From: Spirochaetia bacterium
GTDB taxonomy: Bacteria; Spirochaetota; Spirochaetia; UBA9216
NCBI GenBank assembly: GCA_963675665.1
Contig: OY776510.1
Coordinates: forward strand, 3,040,001 to 3,104,000
Length of the DNA stretch: 64,000 nt
Reading direction: 5' to 3'
The notes beneath the pieces are model-generated. The model saw nothing but the letters and a program-made list of their open reading frames with translations, was not told the DNA's origin and did no database searches. Positions 59,006 through 64,000 of this stretch are shown here, one piece after another. The translations under genes and the position numbers were made by a program. Within the stretch, counting starts at the first letter, position 1, and each line of letters starts with the position of its first letter.

Positions 59006-59628
59006 TGCTTAAAGAATTTACAAAGGGTCTTATCAAGGAAAACCCTGTTTTTGTATTGGCGCTTGGATTATGCCCCGCACTCGGTGTTACTTCGAAGGTT
59101 GTAAATGCACTTGGTATGGGTTCCGGAGTTATTTTTGTATTGCTTGGATCAAATATCTTTGTTTCGCTGCTCAAGAATTTTATCCCCGAAAAAGTCAGAA
59201 TCCCTTCCTACATAGTTATTATTGCGTCGTTTGTAACTATTGTCGAGATGGTTATGGAAGCGTTCATTCCGTCCTTGTATGAAGCTCTCGGGGTGTTTGT
59301 ACCGCTGATAGTCGTAAACTGCGTAATTCTCGGCAGGGCTGAGGCTTTTGCCAATAAAAACACACTTGGTGCATCGATACTTGACGCACTTGGAATGGGT
59401 ATAGGTTTCACCCTCTCTATTGTTGTAATAGCTTTGGTAAGAGAGATACTGGGAGCGGGTACGGTTACACTTGTTCCGATAGGTAGCTGGGACGGTGTAA
59501 TAACCATCCCCGGACTTTCCTCATCTCCGGCACGTGTTTTTTCACTTGCCGCCGGGGCGCTTCTGGTTATGGGATACCTTCAGGCCCTGATAAAATGGAG
59601 CACATCCAAAAAGGCGGAGGCGAAATAA
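59002..59628 (+). CDS. rnfE: Rnf complex subunit E
   Basis: Motifs ENPVFVLALGLCPALGVT, RIPSYIVIIA and PLIVVNCVILGRAEAFA. Confidence 0.95.
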   Translation: MMLKEFTKGLIKENPVFVLALGLCPALGVTSKVVNALGMGSGVIFVLLGSNIFVSLLKNFIPEKVRIPSYIVIIASFVTIVEMVMEAFIPSLYEALGVFVPLIVVNCVILGRAEAFANKNTLGASILDALGMGIGFTLSIVVIALVREILGAGTVTLVPIGSWDGVITIPGLSSSPARVFSLAAGALLVMGYLQALIKWSTSKKAEAK

Positions 59629-60218
59629 TGACTTATATTGGAATAATAATAACATTTGTTTTTATAAATAACTTTATTCTGACCCAGTTTATGGGATTAT
59701 GCCCTTTTATCGGTGTTTCAAAGAATGTTGAATCAGCGGTTGGAATGGGCTTTGCTGTAACTTTTGTAATGTCTCTTGCTGCACTTGCAACCTGGGCTAT
59801 CCAGAATTTTATACTGGTTCCGCTTAATGTTGAGTTTTTGCAGACAATTACGTTCATTCTGATGATTGCAGCTCTGGTGCAGTTTGTAGAGATGTTCATA
59901 CAAAAATCATCGCCGTCTCTTTACAAGGCGCTTGGTATATATCTTCCTCTTATTACAACAAACTGTGCCGTTCTCGGTATAGCACTGATAGCGGTTAGAA
60001 GCAATTATAATGCGATTGAAAGCTTTATAGCAGGAATAGCAGCCGGGCTTGGTTTTCTGCTTGCTATTGTGCTGATGTCAGCGATACGTGAAAAACTTGA
60101 TTCGGAATGGGTACCAAAACCGTTAAGGGGAACTCCGATTGCATTTATAACAGGCGGTCTGATGGCCCTTGCCTTCATGGCATTCGACAAGGCGCTGCTT
60201 AACAACCTTATAGGCTAG
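59628..60218 (+). CDS. rnfA: Rnf complex subunit A
   Basis: Motifs NNFILTQFMGLCPFIGVS and LGIYLPLITTNCAVLG. Confidence 0.95.
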   Translation: MTYIGIIITFVFINNFILTQFMGLCPFIGVSKNVESAVGMGFAVTFVMSLAALATWAIQNFILVPLNVEFLQTITFILMIAALVQFVEMFIQKSSPSLYKALGIYLPLITTNCAVLGIALIAVRSNYNAIESFIAGIAAGLGFLLAIVLMSAIREKLDSEWVPKPLRGTPIAFITGGLMALAFMAFDKALLNNLIG

Positions 60219-60228
60219 GAGAATTAAG

Positions 60229-61038
60229 ATGATAGACAGAGTAATTTATGCTTTTCTTTCTGTAGGGGTTCTCGGCGGCTTGCTTGGTCTGGCGCTGGCT
60301 TATGCGGCAAAGGTTTTTGCTGTCAAGAAAGATGAAAGAGTCGGAATAATTGAGGAAATTCTGCCTGGAGCAAATTGCGGAGCATGCGGTTATCCCGGAT
60401 GTTCAGGTTATGCTGAAGCAATAGTGCATGAGCAGGCTGATATGACACTGTGCAGCCCGGGAGGACCGGAAACAGCCGCAAAAGTCGGCGAAGTTATGGG
60501 ACAGGTTGTAAACGTCAGCGGCGAAAAGATGGTAGCCCAGATACATTGCAGGGGAACAAGAGATACCAGCCAAGTAAAATACGATTATAACGGAATTGAA
60601 GACTGCAACGCGATGCATTCTTCATTCGGAGGTGATAAAACCTGTCCATACGGATGTCTCGGTCTGGGCAGCTGTATCAAGGTTTGTCCTGTAGATGCAA
60701 TAGAAAAAACAGAAGCGGGATATCTGAATATTGATAAAGACAAATGTATAGCATGCGGAAAATGTATTGATGTCTGCCCGACAGGCGTTATAAAAATGAT
60801 TCCCTATAAAGCCTCCGTGATTGTAGCATGCAATTCAACAGATAAAGGCGGAGCTGTAAGAAAGTACTGTTCAGTCGGATGTATAGGGTGTAAAATGTGT
60901 GAAAAGAAATCGCCTGAAGGCGGATTCAAAATAGAGAATTTCCTGGCGACTATTGATTATAGCGCTGAGGGCAGCCGTGATGAAGCCATGGAAGTCTGTC
61001 CTGCAAAATGTATAGTAGATCTGGATGTTGCTGATTAG
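60229..61038 (+). CDS. rnfB: Rnf complex subunit B
   Basis: LPGANCGACGYPGC and multiple ferredoxin motifs. Confidence 0.95.
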   Translation: MIDRVIYAFLSVGVLGGLLGLALAYAAKVFAVKKDERVGIIEEILPGANCGACGYPGCSGYAEAIVHEQADMTLCSPGGPETAAKVGEVMGQVVNVSGEKMVAQIHCRGTRDTSQVKYDYNGIEDCNAMHSSFGGDKTCPYGCLGLGSCIKVCPVDAIEKTEAGYLNIDKDKCIACGKCIDVCPTGVIKMIPYKASVIVACNSTDKGGAVRKYCSVGCIGCKMCEKKSPEGGFKIENFLATIDYSAEGSRDEAMEVCPAKCIVDLDVAD

Positions 61039-61067
61039 GGAGGGGCGGCAGCCGGAGTTGGCGCGTA

Positions 61068-63077
61068 GTGAAGAAAGTTAAACTGATAATTGGTACTGTA
61101 AACAGCTGTTCTGTATCAATAGGCACAGATAAGCTCGAAGAAATATATGAAAGCTCATATAAGCCCTTCCTGCGGACTGTGCACAAGAACAGCCTTCCGG
61201 TAACATTTTATTACAGCGGAGAGCTGCTGTCCTGGTTGATTGATAATCATGACGGTATTCAAATGCTGTTCAATGACATTATAAAAAGCCGCAAAATTGA
61301 AATACTTGGGGGAGGGTTTTACTCTCCTCTGTTTTCACTAATCCCGAGAAAGGATCGGGTTGGTCAGATAGAAATGATGACAACGGAGATCCGGAAAAGA
61401 TTCGGCCGCAGACCACGCGGTATGTGGATTACCGAAAAGGTATGGGAGCCGTCCATGCCTATGACAATGAATTATGCCGGGATGGAATTTTCATTTATAG
61501 ACGAAGAATTTTTTGAAGATGCAGGTTTATATAACGGAGAGTTATACAGGCCGTGCGTAACCGAAGATCAGGGGAAAAAAGTCATACTTTTTCCGGTTTC
61601 AAACAGGCTTATAAGTCAGTTTATGCTTGATAAACCCGAGGAAGTACTGGAACAGATAATCGGGTGCGGTTCAGAGAAAGAAGAACGTATTATTACAATG
61701 ATGATTCCCGGAGAAGATCTTGATTACAATAACGGCGCCGGAGTAAAGATTGAAAAATTCTTCAATCTGATAGAAAAAAACAAAAAGCATATAGACGTTG
61801 TTCTGCCGGGTAAAATTGTGCGTGAACTTGGTTGTATGAAAAAAGTATATTTCGGTTGTGTTTCTCCCGGAGAAATAGGCAGGTGGAGCGGGCCGGTTTT
61901 CAGGGAAAAGATAGAATCCAACGGCACAGAATTGAACAACCAGATAGCAAAAGGGCGGGCTGTAAACAACCAGAGTTTTTTTAGACATTTTCTGTCAAAA
62001 TATCCTGAAAGTAATTACCTGTATACCCGTATGCTGGATATTCATAAACTTATTGCACAGATGCGCGGGGATCGTCAAAGAAAAAAAACTGCTGAATGTG
62101 AATTGTATAAAAGCCAGAACCATTCAGCATTCTGGCACGGCGGAGGAAGCCCGGGAATTTATTCATTTGAGTCAAGAAGCAAGGCGTATGCAAGTCTTAT
62201 AGAAGCTGAAAAGCTGACACGCGAACGAACCGGGTTCAGATCTTCTCTGCAGAAAGATGATTTTGATCTTGACGGTCTAGATGAATTCATCTACCGGGGG
62301 TTAAGTCTTAATATAAATTTGCATCGCAAAGGCGGCGTAATATTTGAACTGGATTATTTCAGAACGCCGCATAATTATCTGTCTACAATGGCACGTCACA
62401 GGGAATGGTACCATACAGAAGGAGTGTATGATAAATATACCCGGAATGCTTTTATAGATCATTTCTTTCAAAGAGACGTCGCAATTGAAAATTTCTTCGA
62501 TATGAGTTACAGGGAAACAGGAGATTTTGTTTCCGGAATATATGATGTCGAAAAATATAACCGTGAGCGCAGAATTGTTAATTTCATAAGAAACGGAAGC
62601 GTTATAACGAAGAAAAACAAATTTGCCGTTCAGTTAAAGAAGAATTACAGTTTTAAACGTAATACCGTTATCATCGATTATGAAATAATAAACAAATCAG
62701 ATGCAGTACTTAATACTTCTTTCGGAACGGAATTGAACCTGGCTCTAAGTTCTGAAAAGGGAAGGCAGATAGAGATAACCCTGTTTAAAAATGAAGAAAA
62801 AACTTCACCGGACAGCGACTGTTTCGCGGCAGAACGAAAAACAAAGATGCTGGTTAAGGACAACAGCCGGAAGGCAAATATTATATTCAACAGCGATCTT
62901 GATTTTGACGTTTGGGGCTTTCCTGTTTATACAAAAACCGGAACAGGTAAAGTTGTAGAAGAACTTTACCAGGCCGACTGTTTTATGCCTTTCTGGTTTA
63001 TATCGCTTGGACCGGGAAAATGCTGGAAGAATCAGCTGCAATTAAGGATTGATCGAAGATCCAGAGGTTCCGATTAA
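61068..63077 (+). CDS. GH57 alpha-amylase/4-alpha-glucanotransferase-like protein (DUF1925/DUF1926), divergent
   Basis: Motifs SYKPFL, EILGGGFYSP, PRGMWITEKVWEP, FLSKYPESN, WHGG and DFDLDGLDE. The usual HxHQP and DDGEKFG motifs are altered. Confidence 0.8.
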   Translation: MKKVKLIIGTVNSCSVSIGTDKLEEIYESSYKPFLRTVHKNSLPVTFYYSGELLSWLIDNHDGIQMLFNDIIKSRKIEILGGGFYSPLFSLIPRKDRVGQIEMMTTEIRKRFGRRPRGMWITEKVWEPSMPMTMNYAGMEFSFIDEEFFEDAGLYNGELYRPCVTEDQGKKVILFPVSNRLISQFMLDKPEEVLEQIIGCGSEKEERIITMMIPGEDLDYNNGAGVKIEKFFNLIEKNKKHIDVVLPGKIVRELGCMKKVYFGCVSPGEIGRWSGPVFREKIESNGTELNNQIAKGRAVNNQSFFRHFLSKYPESNYLYTRMLDIHKLIAQMRGDRQRKKTAECELYKSQNHSAFWHGGGSPGIYSFESRSKAYASLIEAEKLTRERTGFRSSLQKDDFDLDGLDEFIYRGLSLNINLHRKGGVIFELDYFRTPHNYLSTMARHREWYHTEGVYDKYTRNAFIDHFFQRDVAIENFFDMSYRETGDFVSGIYDVEKYNRERRIVNFIRNGSVITKKNKFAVQLKKNYSFKRNTVIIDYEIINKSDAVLNTSFGTELNLALSSEKGRQIEITLFKNEEKTSPDSDCFAAERKTKMLVKDNSRKANIIFNSDLDFDVWGFPVYTKTGTGKVVEELYQADCFMPFWFISLGPGKCWKNQLQLRIDRRSRGSD

Positions 63078-64000
63078 TTTTTAAGTCTGAGCTTCCTGAA
63101 AAGATTTTCAATCCAGGGACGAGAAGCCATATAGAAATATTCTTCGGCAAAAAGGAATTCAGTAAAAGAATTATTGTACTCACCAAGGAAATAGTAAATC
63201 TGTCCAAGATAAAAATGTACAGATGCTTCCAGTTCACGATTACGTTTGATTTTCTGGTATTCCTGCAGTTTAACCATGGCTGATTCAAAATTACCAGTTA
63301 TAAAATCAGTATTGAGTATTTCAGTCAACATGGCGCGTTCGCTGCCGGCTTCAGGTGATTTATCCTGTTTAAGAATTACAGGCTCAAGCGGGTGCAAGGC
63401 TACAGGTTTTGTATTCTTTAAAATAGCGGCAATACTCTTCTCGGTTTCAGATGATACATCTTTTAGATCGGGTATGGTATAAATAACTGATGATGAAAGC
63501 TGGCGGCCGCTTTGATAACCGCGGGAGATAGAAAGATACGGAAGAGGTTTTGGGCGGGAAGACGGCTTTTCAGGAAGACCGATACGATCAGTTGAAGTTA
63601 ATTCAAGTTCAACCGGAACAATTGTAATATTTTCTCCTGCTTTAAAGATATAACTGCCGGTTTTTATCAGATTGGAATCAATAATACCGTAATAGTAACC
63701 GATTCCCGGAACGGGATAATCAGTAAAAGATGTTTTTGAACCCGGCAATGTTGCAATAAGATTGGCATTAAGAATATCATCCTGATCTTCTATAGGCTCA
63801 GTATTTCTGTAAATAAATAATTCTGACGATGGTTTGCTGCATTTAAATGAGAGTTCAACTGATTCCTTGCCGGCCCATGCTTTTATTCCGGTAATAAGAG
63901 CTGGAGTGTCATCCTTGGTTTTTTCCGTTATATAGGACGGTTTGCTTGAAATGTTTCTGAAAGGGATGAACACTTCATGCAGAAGAGAATCCTTGTCCTC
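63074..64000 (-). CDS. Hypothetical protein with FN3-like region and C-terminal TPR (5' end beyond window)
   Basis: The frame stays open to the window edge. IYRNTEPI...SFTDYPVPGIGYYY (FN3-like) and HFYLGQIYYFLGEY (TPR). Confidence 0.7.
   Translation of the reverse strand, partial: EDKDSLLHEVFIPFRNISSKPSYITEKTKDDTPALITGIKAWAGKESVELSFKCSKPSSELFIYRNTEPIEDQDDILNANLIATLPGSKTSFTDYPVPGIGYYYGIIDSNLIKTGSYIFKAGENITIVPVELELTSTDRIGLPEKPSSRPKPLPYLSISRGYQSGRQLSSSVIYTIPDLKDVSSETEKSIAAILKNTKPVALHPLEPVILKQDKSPEAGSERAMLTEILNTDFITGNFESAMVKLQEYQKIKRNRELEASVHFYLGQIYYFLGEYNNSFTEFLFAEEYFYMASRPWIENLFRKLRLKN

Noticed and set aside
1-64000. rRNA, tRNA, integrase, transposase or prophage genes
   Set aside because: None recognised; island boundaries are inferred only from gene content and composition.

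Overview
Bacterial chromosome segment, most likely from a free-living spirochaete. This rests on a spirochaete-style PcnB N-terminus, a VLFAGGQQD signal peptide, and an rnfCDGEAB-GH57 arrangement; the taxon is inferred, not proven. Five blocks are visible. (1) 1-1.4 kb: an AT-rich three-gene module (TIGR04255-like end, hypothetical, possible ADP-ribosyltransferase-like protein). (2) 1.6-16.3 kb: a 4177-aa secreted protein ending in an M23-peptidase-like domain, followed by two paralogous secreted proteins and an orphan C-terminal remnant, i.e. a polymorphic toxin/immunity-like locus. (3) 17-41.4 kb: an island beginning with a sigma54-type regulator and promoter, rich in amide hydrolases (three C45/Ntn enzymes, amidohydrolase, MBL-fold, serine hydrolase, M14 deacylase), transporters, pgsBCW and a membrane one-component propeller-PAS-LuxR sensor. 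(4) 41.7-48.5 kb: a minus-strand operon with an outer-membrane beta-barrel/transglutaminase/TPR protein and three unrelated beta-propeller lipoproteins that share a 21-residue Gln/Lys-containing tag after the lipobox Cys. This is the best candidate for an undescribed surface display or cross-linking system. (5) 48.7-64 kb: core genes (hisS, pcnB, pseudouridine synthase, rnfCDGEAB, GH57-like). All calls come from reading motifs by eye; no database searches were run.
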